Below, piece after piece: positions 42,187 through 56,208 of a DNA stretch of 64,000 nt; the stretch's first letter is position 1; each line of letters begins with the position of its first letter. The translations under genes were made by a program, and so were the position numbers. The notes under the pieces were generated by a model that was not told where the DNA came from, searched no databases, and was given only the letters and a program-made list of their open reading frames with translations. This DNA is from Eledone cirrhosa (lineage: Eukaryota), in contig OZ024750.1 of assembly GCA_964016885.1 (NCBI GenBank), positions 48,050,001 through 48,114,000 on the forward strand, given 5' to 3'.

Positions 42187-42386
42187 TCAACTTATAAAAT
42201 AACCTACGAAGGAAAGCAATTGCTATAAGGAAACTCTTCCATTCAAATTTTCCCAACATAACAGTGAACGAATAAAAATTAAGAATTAAATATTAGAAAT
42301 TAAAAGAACAAAGAACAGAAACTGGAACGATGTAAAGAAGAGAGCACACAAATATTACATAGAGAACATTAGGGTGCAGCGACAGT

Positions 42387-42632
42387 TTAACCCTTTCATT
42401 AACGTATTCCTAATGAAATTCCTAATGAAATGCCCTATATTTGTATTAATTAACAACGAATTTTAAGATATTTATTAAGATTATTTATTACTTCATTAGT
42501 AATATGTTATTTGTAACAGCAAATGTTTCATACGCCAACTATTAATGGAGGATTTAAATAGGAACAAGTTAGAATGTTTCATTTCTTAGAGCCTGAATCG
42601 GTCTAGGGGCAATATGGAATGAAATACGTTAA
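42387..42632. mobile_element. possible piggyBac-type MITE relic
   Basis: TTAACCCTTTCATT at the left end and AATGAAATACGTTAA at the right end: degenerate TIRs with TTAA ends. Confidence 0.35.
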
Positions 42633-45600
42633 ATGAACATAATATACAGATGACTATGGTAAACAGGTCGTTGACAGGTGCTGCGATGGTGAAAAGAGAT
42701 TGGATTATAGCTTAGGGTTTTATCGATTTCTTGCTTACATAGAAACTGTTTAATATGGGGGAAATATATATTTCCGTATCATGTTTGTCAAGCCATTCAC
42801 AAATTAATTTAATATAGTAGATGTAATACTACTTCGAATCTTGACCGTTGACGAAAATATATCGCTGATCAAATATTGCAGCTATTCACGTCAGCTATCA
42901 AGACCTTTGTGATTGCCTATTTCTAATTGCCATAATTCTCTTGTGTAATAATCAACACATCCAATTAATATCACTAATTATTATTTTCAATTAATATCTA
43001 AAGTAAACTTTTCAGAAGTTTCATTTTAGTTTCATATATATTAATATACGTTGTCGCAACCCTATACAATTAAATTACCACGTGAACCAAAATGTAATAC
43101 AATTTTTTTTTTTTAATTTAGAGAATTTAAGCCGCCATGCTACGTTTCAGGTCATATTGGTGCATCAGTCAGGGTGGAAATGTGACACAAACCATCAAAT
43201 CGTTGGACAAATGCCCTGCAATATTTGTTCAAACCATGTCAAGTCTAAATTTACGGCATCACTATTATATAGTACCATTAAAAAAGGGAAACGTTTATTG
43301 CACCAGATGTGTGTTCTGATTTTATCCTTAAATACTAACAGTAGAAAAGACTATGAAGAGTCATAGGTTAAATACAGGAGAGACGAGAAAAGCTATTACA
43401 TTCTTTAGATACGTTTCGTTTCTTGAATAAAAAGAAATATTTTAGTGTCAATATACAATATTGAGATATTCTAGAAGAGATCGCCCCATCTACAATCACG
43501 CACCCCAGGAGCCACCACATGTCAAGTCCTGGTGGAATCCTGAGAATGCGGACATGAGCCGTTCGTTTTCCAATGTGGGAGAGGTACATTATAACCTTGC
43601 TGGTTTTGCTAGGGATCATTGCGTGTTTCATAGCAAGGGATTCTGATTTAAACGGCATCGCTATGTATTCGGTGTCATCCCTGATGCACCTCAACATGGC
43701 TACAATATATGTGTTTCTGCTGAGATGCAACTCAAATGCACCGTTCTACGCTACAATGCTGCACTGTCTTCTGTCAGAACAGTTAATCAGGCTCAGGTTT
43801 GCTCTTGCTTGAAGGTCTGGGCCAACTTTTCGTCTTTATTCGTGAGATCATTGCTGCAACATGGACTCTTTTTGCTGCTTCCGCAGCGAAAGGGTTCTCG
43901 TTGTTGGTAATGTTCTTAATGTGGTTATTGTTGGTGTTGTCGTTGTTTTTGCTGTTGTCACTGCTCTTGTTGGTGTTGTTGCAGGTGTCGCTGTTGCAGT
44001 TGGTTTTATCTTTAGTGCCGTTGTTGTTGTTTTCAGTGCAGTTGGTTTTGTTGCTGTTAGTGTTGTCGCTGTTCATGTTGTTTTTGGTGGTGTTAATTTC
44101 GTTGTTTTTGTTGTCATTGTTTATGTTTTTTTTTCTATGGGGTCAGTGTTACTGCTGTTGTTGGTGTTGTAATTGTTTAACAAAAGTTAGTGTTTACACT
44201 GTTACTGTTGTTGTTCATGTTGTTTGTGGAGGTGTATGTGGTATAAATATCTGTTTTCGCCGTTTCCCTCCTTTCAACGTTTAAGCCGCTGCCACACGAC
44301 AGCAGCCTTACCGCTGGGGGCCGTGGCACAGCCATGTTTCTTTTTTCTTTTCGATTTTTTTTTTATACAAAAGGTTCAAATATTTGAGCCAAAAGGCCCA
44401 AATATTATAGCGTCTCCCCTTCATAGGGCAAATACGGAAGTCTTACAACCCTTTTCACAAATTGCAACAATTATTAAAAATGAAAATAAACTGAAAATTT
44501 ACCACTTTTACGGAGCTCCAATAAGACGTATACACCGTCAGACAAATAATAATAATCATAATAATAAACACTGTAGCATTAAAAATATAAATATTTAGTT
44601 GGTGGTGTAGCGTAAATCAGATAATTAATAACAGCTGTTATGCAAATGATCCTAATGGAAGAAATAGATGAAGTTAGACGTGTATTAATCACTGTGACAG
44701 TAAAATAGAAATAGGAGTCTCTGGAGTCTATCAGTGATGAGATTTAAGGTAGATAATTGGTCGAAGTAGTTATGTTAATGATCTTAATAAAGCTACACAA
44801 TTATACTGGAAGGGAATGAAGTAAGATTAAAGTTAAATCAGGTTAACTAGTGTTGGGTTCAGTGCTTAGCTTAATATTATAGTTGCATGGCGTAAGGTAA
44901 TCTTATTCTAAATTAGAGAAAATAATGGCGATTAATGGTTCCAACCTGACCTCAGTGGTAACCTCGTCATCGTACCGTGTCCGGGAATATATCCCCCACC
45001 CCGAATATATTTAAAATAGGAGAATTGTTATCATTTCCAAGTACACCAGGAACGTGGGTCAAACTCTTGGGCCACATGCTTAAGCAGGAATATCCCCCCG
45101 CCACCACACACACACTCTGTATGTTCCAGATAGCTATTAATAGCAGTTAACAATCCTAATGATAGAGTGGGACTGGGTGTACACAAGAATTTTGAAATAT
45201 ATTATAGAAAGTATGAGACCCAGGTAATGAAATATTTAAGTAAAAATATGAGATATATATATATAAAAAGATATGTTATAAATATGCAGAAAATATATAA
45301 AAAGTCAGCAAGATAAAGTAATAAGCATCTAACTTATAACGAGAAAAATGATAGTTTTATAGAACAAAATTAGAAAAATAATTATATTACGAATATACAG
45401 AATAAAATAGAGAATATACAAAGTTAAAATAGAAAATAGAAAATGAAATAACAAATAACAAATAGAGAATAACAATAAGAATGAGTTGATATCTAGTGGT
45501 ATGTAATGTGAGGTCTGAGAAGCAACTTTTCACATAAATGCCTGACCTTCCCGAGTAATGACGAGTTTTGGAACTGGTAATTTACTTGAGAAACGATACC

Positions 45601-45674
45601 TCATTTCATATCACCAATGTGTCCCTGATATGCCAAACACGAGCTGGAGGAATTTTAATGTGTATTTGGATAAG

Positions 45675-46120
45675 TGATCAGGAAACTATGTCGTTCCTCT
45701 TGAGGCCATTCGTTCTCAGCCAAATTGAATATTGCTGCTTGCTCTAGTCACCTACCTCGATACCAGCATCAAATTAACTGCTGCACCAAGATGATTGCCA
45801 CAGTGAAAGTAATGAGCTACAGAGAGAAGCTGGAAGAAATGAAACTCTACTTCCCTCATGATATCAAAGATTCCAGCCTTGGCATTTAGAGTATGAAAGA
45901 GAAAATGCATAGCTATGTGTACAACAGCCGCAGATCTTTAATATGCAGTCTAAAACCTTCTGAGATCTACATGTGATGGATGTAAATATTTTCAAAAGGT
46001 TTCCTCATTTTGCTACATAAGATCTTATAGGAAATAATAGTACATATAACTGCAATGACAGCATCGCGTTTGCATCAAATCCAAGCAAAGCAAATATAGT
46101 TATAGAAAGGTTAGCAACGA
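45675..46120 (+). mobile_element. decayed CR1/L2-type LINE 3' fragment
   Basis: Translates with lesions as DQETMSFLLRPFVLSQIEYCCLL*SP...TKMIATVKVMSYREKLEEMKLY...DVNIFKR. Confidence 0.55.
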
Positions 46121-46182
46121 TAATGGTAGCATTGCATGGACGCAACCCATGCGTTGCAACAGGTTCAAAACTATATATTAGT

Positions 46183-46245
46183 CTTCTTCTTCTTCTTCTT
46201 CTTCTTCTTCTTCTTCTTCTTCTTCTTTGCCTTCATCTTCTTCTT

Positions 46246-46291
<46 letters not shown>

Positions 46292-46380
46292 TTCTTCTTC
46301 TTCTTCTTCTTCTTCTTCTTCTTCTTCTTCTTCTTCTTCTTCTTCTTCTTCTTCTTCTTCTTCTTCTTCTTCTTCTTCTT
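46183..46380. repeat. (CTT)n/(CAT)n compound microsatellite at the RTE 3' end
   Basis: Directly visible and abutting the RTE element. Confidence 0.95.
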
Positions 46381-49300
46381 CCAGCAGGTCCTATCTCCAA
46401 TTGGAGATAGGACTTTGATCCTAATACAAGACCAAACATGCCCGTGGATGTTATATCACTGCTCGGGGTCTACCCCTGCGTCTCCTGCCTGTTCGTTTTG
46501 CCCGGAAAATCTCTCTAGCGCTTTTTACATAGGGCATACTAGCCCCATCACAATGGTATGGCAGCTGTGATCTCTCAATTCTTGAGGAGTTGCGGCTCTA
46601 TATGGAGTGACTCTCTGATCTCTGATCTCTGTAATCTATCGCTTAACGTTACTTTAAGGAACATTCAGAGGATCCCCATTTTTCCAGCATGCATTAGCGA
46701 TCGAATTCTGTCGGTCATTACACACGATTAATTACATAAGTAAGAGATGGCACGAATACTGAAATGAAGAGAGCGAGTATGGCTTTTGAGCCTACGTCAC
46801 TTCTTCTCATTACCGAATGCTGAAGCTGGTTCATTGTGGCAATAGCTTCGACAATACTTGCACTCAATTCAGTCACCTGGCTTCCATCACTCGTGAACAC
46901 GGCACCGAGATACCTGAGCTTTTATAGCTGCTTCTGTGGAATCTCATTTACACGTAGAGGTCATTACGCCGGCTTCCTTGAGGGGACGAGTGTCTCAGTT
47001 TTCGAAGCACTGATTTTCTATCCAGCCATGCAGCGCTCTGCATTACACTTATCGGGCACAAGTCAGAGATCACCTTCTTTTGAAATAAGTGATATTACAG
47101 CCAACTGTTAATTTCAGCCAACTGATTTTACACACACTAGTTATGATCCCAGTCCCAAACCGGCTGCTCATGTCAAACCTGTTTATGTAAATAATTGTTT
47201 CTACTTTAGGCACAAGGCCAGCAATTACCCAGTGCATTACTAGTACTTTATTTTATCGAACCCGTAAGGATGAAAGGCATAGTCAACCTCGGCGGGATTT
47301 GAACTCAGATAGTAAAGGGACGTAACTATGCTGGAAAGCATGGCGTCCGACCCTCCACCGATACTGCCAATCCACCGCCCTTTTATTTAAATAATGAACA
47401 CGAGAGGTGAGAGTACGCACCCTTGGTGGAGTCTGACTGCCACATTGACTCATTTCGTTGTATCACCATTTATCCGAACATAAATATTTGGACATGTGTA
47501 TAGACATCAGGTAAGCAAGGAACTGACCATCGAACTCATACCCTTGCAGATCCTTCCACAGAATTTACCAGGTTACGCGGTAATATGCTTTTTCAATGCC
47601 CACCATGCGAAATGCACCTCTTGGTAATACTCCCACGATTACTTCTAGGCCCGCAGCAGTGGGTATATTTGATTGGCTGGGCAGCATCCGGGGATAACAC
47701 CACACTGTTCATCAGCTAGATTGGATGCAACTATCTCCATGCATTACTTACCGTAGATTATACCAAGAGGCTTAACAAACAAATCACTCTGTAATTATAA
47801 CACATTCTGTTGTCTACCTTTTTTGAAAATTGAGATCATTATTCCGATTGCCATTGCTTAGGCGTATTTTCAGAGATCCTGGCCACCCGTTACACACGAG
47901 TCAGTCAGAGAATACGTTCTTAATTAAAGGATGTTAGCATCTCGGGCCGGATGACAATTTCCTCAGTGGCGTTGGTACCATTGAGCTCTTTACGTATTCT
48001 TGCGACCTCCGTCTCTGAGAGATTAGTCACCGTTCTCAAAGGAACCTCATATACATCAGAAGATGCTGTTGAGATCGGGTTCATGAGATCAGCAAAGTAT
48101 TCTGTCTACCTCAGGAGGATGCATTTCTCTGAAGAGAAGAGATCAACAGACTCTTCCTTCGTGGCAGGTGTCGAGGAGGGCTTTGTATTAAGATGTCGGT
48201 AGATGGTCTGCCAGACATTTTATTTGCTAATCTGAAGTTTGATTCCAGCTTAACATCAAAGTCCACCCATGTCTTAATCTGAATGCCTTTACTGTCTCTG
48301 CTGCGATACTTCATACCAGCTTGTACCGCAATATTTGAGAGCCATCTCCTTTTCTCGGATAGAATCTATGATCTCTTTATTGAACTTACGGTTCCTCCTG
48401 CCATCCGGCAGCCCAGTAAGGCTCATTTGCCAATAGCCTTTAACGGCCGAAGCAGACACTCCTGCGCTGAATAATCTCCACACTGTCTAAACCTCTTCAT
48501 TCTGCTCAGGGAGTTCTCTAAATCTGGATGCAAAAGTATCTGCATACCTTGTCCTGATTTCCTTATCTACAAATACGTCCCACTTTATAATGTAGGTAGC
48601 CCTGGAGCTGACAGTCTTGTGGTCTTTCTTGGCTTTAGTTAGTCTCAATTTGCAGATAACTAGATGGTGATCAGTTGACAACTCATCACTTCTCTTAAAA
48701 CAGAAATCCATTACAAAATCAGAGAGATTAGAGACAATAACAACATCAATTATAGATCTCTCTGATACCAATTATACCATATATATTTATAGATGAGTCA
48801 ATGTTGAAAGAATTTGTTTCATTATAGAGAGTCCTTTGTTAGAACAGAAATCTCATAAGCCCTCTCCATTTTTATTTAGATTTGGGTCGCCCTTCCTTCC
48901 AATCCCTCATGACCATGCCAGGTGGTCAGTGCCAACATGTTTATTGAAGTCTCCCACCAGTACATATGGCTCAGTCTAACTACATCTAACGTTGAAGGGA
49001 TTTCATCAATGAGGTATCTATGTACGAACTCTTTGTTTGGTGCATAAAACTCCACCACACACAGAGACCTTTCTTTCAGCTTCAGCTTTAAAAGGCTAAT
49101 CTGCCCTCTTGACGGAATCAAATCCATAACACTTTCTGACAGCCGAGGGCTTGTGAATAACCCCAATATCGCCTGTTCTATATTTCTGGCTCCACAACTG
49201 AATAGTTGAGTTTCCATCCTCCATCAAACACTACATTATCAGAGCCATGAAACTTTGTTGAGTAAACCCCCAAATCTATCTCGCCGGTAGCATTTAGCAT

Positions 49301-49750
49301 CTTCCATTACTTTCTGATCCTTATATATAAGGGTTATGTTCCAGCTTTCAATTGTCATGATTCGCTTCCTTCCCGATCGTATTTAAAGTCTTCGGATACG
49401 CTATATTTGCGTGTCCCTCTCACGCCTCCCATGAGAGGTGGCAGACCCATCGCCAGTTTCTCTGTCATGACATGGAAACTCCAATATATTTTTCAAACAG
49501 CCCCCTTCTAACTAAGGTCTGAACACTTATCCTGTTATTCCGTGCGAAGGACGGTATAGGTTTCCTAGTCATATTGCAGCTTTGGTTTATGCGCTCTTAT
49601 TTACGCCAGTCATCAATCTTGTCATTTGTCAAACCCGGAAAAAATGTATTTTTAGAGGCAACTTTTACTCGCTTCGGCGTAGCTACATCACTTGGGTATA
49701 GAGATGTCTTGGGAGCTACATATGTCATCCATTGCTCCATCATCCAAGTA
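46381..49750 (-). mobile_element. decayed RTE-clade LINE (APE plus RT)
   Basis: Minus-strand motifs IESWNI, VVEFYAPN, VGDFN, SIIDVVIVS, LSTDHHLV (APE), LHQGCVLSPLVFII (RT) and RGRPR near the 3' end. Many stops. Confidence 0.85.
47196..47380 (-). mobile_element. SINE S1 nested in the RTE RT, with a 14-bp TSD
   Basis: TTTAT(G/T)TAAATAAT occurs at 47182-47195 and 47382-47395. Confidence 0.9.
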
Positions 49751-50234
49751 GTTTAGTGATGAATGTCCAGGGTTACTTATTCATCTGGCGGTTGCCCACT
49801 TATAACGCAATTAGTCGGCATATATACTGACCATATCACTATTCACCACCTGTGACCCATTCTCTAGCAGAACAGTTCTGCTAGTCAATATATAATTACG
49901 TTTCTTTTATTTTCTCTATGACATGGCTATGATGTCACTGCACAAGCTCTCCTCTCGAGGGCAAACGTACAGTCAAGTTAGTGAAATGTAAATCGGTTGC
50001 ATGTATATGAATAGAAAAACTGACGTATGACTTCTTGGATGATCGTGTGGATATGCAGGTCCAATTCCGGAGTAACACTCCCTCATTATCCAGCAACAAC
50101 ACAGCCGCTGCTTCTCCACAGATTGTATATGTATATACACACACACATATATATATGTGTGTGTGTATGGGTGTGTGCGTGTGTGTGTGTGTGTTTGTAT
50201 ATATATATCTGTGTATATATATATATATATATAT

Positions 50235-50428
50235 AGTAATAATAATAAATTTGAAGACTAAAATCCAAAGAGGGCTCGATCAGGATAAATATATATCAAA
50301 TATATAAGAACCGTAGAGCAAATATTTATTAAAATAACAGATTAAAGTTTAAGCAAAGAATCACTGCTTTCACCTTTTAACGGGATCTTCTGAAAGCTGC
50401 GATTCTTTGCTTAAACTTTAATCTGTTT
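50235..50428 (-). mobile_element. micro-derivative of the 34893-37532 PLE (tail plus short fold-back)
   Basis: 50235-50395 is the reverse complement of about 37376-37532, and 50399-50428 folds back. (TA)n flanks. Confidence 0.88.
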
Positions 50429-50480
50429 ATATATATATATATATATATATAGATAAATATATATATATATATGAATATAT

Positions 50481-50555
<75 letters not shown>

Positions 50556-50750
50556 CTATTAATAATGAGTTCAAACCTCAGGCAGTCCTTTACAATGTAA
50601 TAGTTCAAAGAAAGAAGTATTTTCGAGCCGTGTAATACAAATTAATATTAATTAATATATTTGATAAACACAAATACCAACATATCCGTGTTTGTATTGT
50701 AAACGACTAAAGTTAGCTAGATTGAAATGTGAGTGTGCGTGTGTGTGCGT

Positions 50751-50786
<36 letters not shown>

Positions 50787-51539
50787 ACGCACACACACGC
50801 ACACACACATTTATCTCGGGTCACTCTTGAGTGCTACTAGTAACATGTAACTCAGTACAACCTGTCGCATGGCCGGGTCGTCGGCGACTAAATCGGCAAC
50901 CCCATCAACTTTACTTGGTGAGGAGGCTGATTTTGGACACGCTGAAGGACAAAAAAACAAGACCTGACAAAGGCCGGAAAACTCATAAGAGTCAACGGCC
51001 ATCCAAAGATGGGTAAACATATATATGCACATGTGTAAACAAATATGTAAACATGTGTATGTAGATATATATGTTTATATACATGGGAGCACGTGTGTGT
51101 ATATGCGCGGGGACAAAGAAATAATCGGATGGACACCCGATTGCGCGGTTAAACCACTGGGAGTGAAGGACCTCTTGCATATGTCAGGGCATTCTTCTAG
51201 GAGAAGGAAACTGGAGAAACTGGGATAATTCCGATATAAAACCTAGGGCTCAGTAGTTACCAATGATGTTGGTCTTTTTTTCTTTTCGGTTTATAGCTAC
51301 TGTTGCTCAGAGAGTGGGATTGGCTCAGTGCACAGTATTTCCTCACTTTAAAACATATCTTCACGCACAGGCATTGCAGGATAGAATTAATTCATAAGTA
51401 TTAATGATGGTATGTCGTGCAATGACCATACTCTATAACGAGGGGGCAGTCATCATATTAATGTATATATATATATATATACAAACACACACCCACACAC
51501 ACACACACAGACACACGCATATGCATACATATATATATA

Positions 51540-51613
<74 letters not shown>

Positions 51614-52187
51614 TACACATAGATGTAGAATGAATAAAAAGAACCAGAATTTAATTAAATGAAGTTATATAAGAGATTTACGAACGCCTCATTCAAATAA
51701 AGTCGGAAGGAAAGTTGTATTCTCCTGTACTGAATTCCTGTACTGAAGACTCTGGCCACCTGTGGCTTGTATGTTAACTTGACCACTCACCTCAGTCTGT
51801 GCCATGATTCGGTCTTGTTTATCCTCTATTACCACCCACCTAAAAAAATGTCCCTACTATATAACTGTTGAATTACTATTCTTGGGCTTTTTACTCTATT
51901 TTTTTTCTATTTTTTTCTATTTATTTTCTTTATTTATTTATTCATTTATCTATTTATTCATTTATTTATTTATTTATTTATTTATTTACTTATTTATTTA
52001 TTTCAAAAAAGCACTCTGGCTAATTGACCACTCCCCCCCCCCAAAAAAAAACGGCCTGTGCCATGTTGTGGTCCTGTGTATCTAAATACCATCCTACCCC
52101 CAAAAAGCCCCCCCCCCCCCCCCCCAGCCACCACCCCTCTCTTACCACTACCTAAATGTATAAATACCAGAACTTAATATGACACTC

Positions 52188-52238
52188 AGCTTCCTGAAGA
52201 TTTCATCTGAATGAAACAGTACTAGTCTTGTAGAAGCT
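52188..52238 (+). ncRNA. type I hammerhead ribozyme, family B pLTR
   Basis: AGCTTC-CTGAAGA-TTTCATCTGAAT-GAAA-CAGTACTAGTCTTG-TA-GAAGCT, followed by AATAAA and the family B tail. Degenerate copy at about 3405-3450. Confidence 0.75.
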
Positions 52239-52324
52239 CCTTCTATCAAATAAAAAATGTTTACTCTGCCATGTATTGAGTACCTTACTTACTGTGGTTA
52301 TCCCCGACTCAACCCGGGACCTAC

Positions 52325-52364
<40 letters not shown>

Positions 52365-52555
52365 TGGTAAACGGAAAAGAAAATGGTGACAAATTGTTCA
52401 CAGTGAAAAATAGTTTAATTAGGAATAAGTGAGAATTAGTAATAGTATTGGTTAGTATTCAGTTTTTGTTTTAAGTGTTACCGGTTGCGCATTTCTAATG
52501 CTTTTCAAAAATAATTTTGAGATAGGGCGTCCGTGATGTTTGCTCTAATCTCTCA

Positions 52556-52590
<35 letters not shown>

Positions 52591-53191
52591 GTACGTATTG
52601 TGAATGTGTATACTTGCAAATGTATGGGCAACATCTAGCATTGATAGTTTAGACTAATGTGCTTCTTTAGTCATTACAGGTTTAGCTACAATAACTGGAC
52701 GCAGCAATTACGAGTGTTTAGGATATCTTCTTACACAATCAATATTTCGCGTTTCATCCCGTTGTAAGATCCTGACTAGCGTTATTTAAAAATGATCTAG
52801 GTTACCTCAAGTCTTTTGTATGATGAACTGCATATGTAATTCAATCAGCATGACGGATAAATCCAACATTGTTTCGCTGAATTAAACCCTGAATTACGCA
52901 TAGGAGCCGCGGACTTGCAGAACGTTTAATTACTTGTATGGTCAATTTTAACAGTAAGGCACTCCATTGATCAAACCTCTGGAACATATATCTTTGAAAA
53001 CAACGGAGATCCATGCAATACTCAATGCTAAATAAATTAACGTATAAGTAGCTGAATATCCCTCAGATATATTTGAACTTAGCAGAATTTTCTGAGATAT
53101 TCAGCGTAATAAATTATGTGACAAAACTTACCCTGTGATTTGGCAAGTAACTTTTATGTGAACTACTTCCAAACAGTTTCGTTGTACGGTT

Positions 53192-53564
53192 ATACTAAAT
53201 CAGTGATTCTCCAGCGTATACTAAATCAGTGATTCTCAAGCGTATACTAAATCAGTTATTCTCAACTTGGAAACTTTGATCCACATGATGACCTGATAAA
53301 TATTATAGGCATTGAATTGGCTCAAGGAATATTATCCTTGACCCAGGTGGCATTTGAAAAACTAATTTTCTTTCCACTAGCTTAGAAATGCGTTAATACA
53401 AACTCTTTTATTTTATTTTAAAAGGTGGATATATTTTCTACTGAACTTTGCATTTTTAAATAAAATATATTCAAATGAAAGAGAAGTTTTATTCTTGCTT
53501 ATGCGTGTCTGACATTTTCTGAAGAAAAAATACGCCGTAAATAAGTGATCGTTGAGGATCATTT
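53192..53564. mobile_element. possible hAT/Charlie-type MITE with a triplicated left end
   Basis: TATACTAAATCAGT(G/T)ATTCTC occurs three times. CAGTTATTCTCAAC against GTTGAGGATCATT forms a degenerate TIR pair. Confidence 0.4.
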
Positions 53565-54328
53565 CAGTAAATGATACTGGCAGAGTGATCGATACCGAGA
53601 TCTAGTGATTGCGAAGGAAATTTTTCAACCAGTCAGCCACACTGCTATTCACGTATTCCATAACTATTAAATTTGTATGGTAAGCAAATATCAAATAAAT
53701 ATGTGTATGTATGGTTGTATATGCTCGTATGAGTGTATATATATATGTGTGCCTGTGTATGTTATATATATTTTTATCTATCCACGTGCATATGTATATG
53801 TGTGTATATGAATGTATATATATATATATATATTTATATACATACACACAAGTGAGTTGTGTGTATATATCTATATATGTGTGTGAGTGTGTGGGTGGGT
53901 GTATGTGTTCGTGTGTACTTTGATCCATATCATTCGTAGAACATCTAGGGAAATAAGTTGTAACAAGCGGAACAGCAATGAAATGAGCGGGAAAAAAACT
54001 ATTCACGAGAGAAACTATAATTACATTTAGCATAAAAACGATGACACGAACACAACCTGCGCTATATGCACGTGCACTCGATATCTGCTATCTGCACAAA
54101 TGAACACTGTGATGTTCTGTTGTGTATACTGTCTCCTTGGTTATATATAAGGTTTACTTTACTACAAGGGAGATATCTAATTTTATATTTTATTCTCCAG
54201 ATATCAACCATTATAACACTTCTCTCTCTTGACTACCTCCCCCTCTCTATCTCTCTCTCTCGCTCTGTATACAAATATATATGTATATGTGTATAAATAC
54301 ACACACATACACACACATATACACACAC

Positions 54329-54401
<73 letters not shown>

Positions 54402-54609
54402 TGATAGTGTGGTAAAGAATGTGTATCTTTGTATGTAGGTTTCTTGGAAATTTACACATAATATCATGTGTATATATTGAAAAATTGCATTTAATACCTG
54501 CCAGCTTGTTACAATAATTTAACATCCGAATTTGGATGTCCTGGTTTCTATATTTACCTATGTCTCTGTAAATTGTTATTTCTCTAACATTTCTAACATG
54601 TCTCATTGT

Positions 54610-54799
54610 GTGGTGGATTGGCAGTATCGGTAGAGGGTCGGACGCCATGCTTTGCAGCAAATAATTACGGCCCTTTATAATTTGAGTTCAAATCCCGCCG
54701 AGTTTAACTTTACCTTTCATCCTTACGGGGACGATAAAATAAAGTACCAGTAATACACTGGGTAACTGCTGGCCTTGTGCCAAAAGTAGAAACAATTAT
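54610..54799 (+). mobile_element. SINE S1
   Basis: Complete head, B-box GAGTTCAAATCCCG, central domain and 3' end. Confidence 0.9.
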
Positions 54800-54994
54800 G
54801 TTATTTATACATATAGTGCACATACGTTACAACGACACGAGTAAGTAAGTAAGCCATCATTCCTATCTTTAATAATTGTTTTTCCGTGAGAGTAATCAAC
54901 ACAGACTATAGGGTCTTCGTCATTGCCAATACATACGGGAATATACGTATACCGTCACTACGAATATGACTATATATATATATATGTATATATG

Positions 54995-55034
<40 letters not shown>

Positions 55035-55069
55035 TATGTAGTTATATATATATATATATATATATATAT

Positions 55070-55208
55070 AACGAAGGAAATGTGGTAAGGAACCAGGTGG
55101 ACCATAACGCACCAAAGTACTCAATACTTGAGGTAGTAGAGTGGGTAATAGGAACCAGTAAGACCCCGACAGCTTGAGCTCAGCTGTCGGGGTCTTACTG
55201 GTTCCTAT
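55070..55208 (-). mobile_element. fold-back micro-element, family A
   Basis: Tail at 55070-55147. ATAGGAACCAGTAAGACCCCGACAGCT pairs with AGCTGTCGGGGTCTTACTGGTTCCTAT. Confidence 0.88.
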
Positions 55209-55231
55209 ATATATATATATATAGTTGTATA

Positions 55232-55264
<33 letters not shown>

Positions 55265-55268
55265 CTAG

Positions 55269-55296
<28 letters not shown>

Positions 55297-55302
<6 letters not shown>

Positions 55303-56208
55303 ACTAGAAATTGATCAACATATATATAAATAAATATAAACATGAATAATCACAGGAGATAATTTTTACAAGCGTGTAACCACGGATGGCTAGTAGGTAA
55401 CAAATAAATAAAGTTAACTAGTACTTCAAACATAGATACCTTTTAATGATTAATCTTCCCTGAATATATTTCATTAAAGAAATATATTTCACCAATTAAT
55501 CAGATGGTAATCATAGAAAGTGGATATTATTGGATTATCAACAAGGAATTGACACTTCGAGTCAAAATCTTTAACTGGCCGCTACCACGTGTTGTTTTTA
55601 CACATCACAGCGGCTTCTTCTCAGTGGCGTGAATAGGTATTCGACAACAGAAATACCAGTCAATTCCCTTCAACATAGTTAGCTCTACAATTAAGGAGCC
55701 GTATTTATATATCTATATCCAAAATTAAGATAAATTAAATGAATTCAATCTAAATCGAAATTGTGGGTGTCATGCCTTAATGCGTGCGCCATATAACCCG
55801 GAAAATAAGTTCAAAGACTTTGTAGGTGCGAGCATTTTATAATAACTAGAAATTGATCAACATATATATAAATAAATATAAACATGCATAATCACAGGAG
55901 ATAATTTTTACAAGCGTGTAACCGCGCATGGCTAGTAGGTAATAAATAAATAAAGTTAACTAGAACTTCAAATATAGATACCTTTTAATGATTAATCTTC
56001 CCTGAATATATATCATTAAAGAAATATATTTCACCAATTAATCAGATGGTAAGTCACAGAAAGTGGATATTATTGGAATGTCAAGAAGGAAGAACAATAT
56101 AATCAGCAATCCGTGTTTACACTTCGAGTCAAAATCTTTTTCAAAAGATTTTGACTCGAAGTGTAAACACGGATTGTGTTCTTCCTTGTTGATAATCCAA
56201 TAATATCC
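55297..56208 (-). mobile_element. direct-repeat unit (period about 541) ending in a fold-back
   Basis: 55297-55572 repeats at 55838-56140. Hairpin at 56063-56208. Confidence 0.8.

Noticed and set aside
43799-44284. Hydrophobic 161-aa membrane-protein-like ORF
   Set aside because: It is the antisense reading of an (AAC)-rich low-complexity tract.
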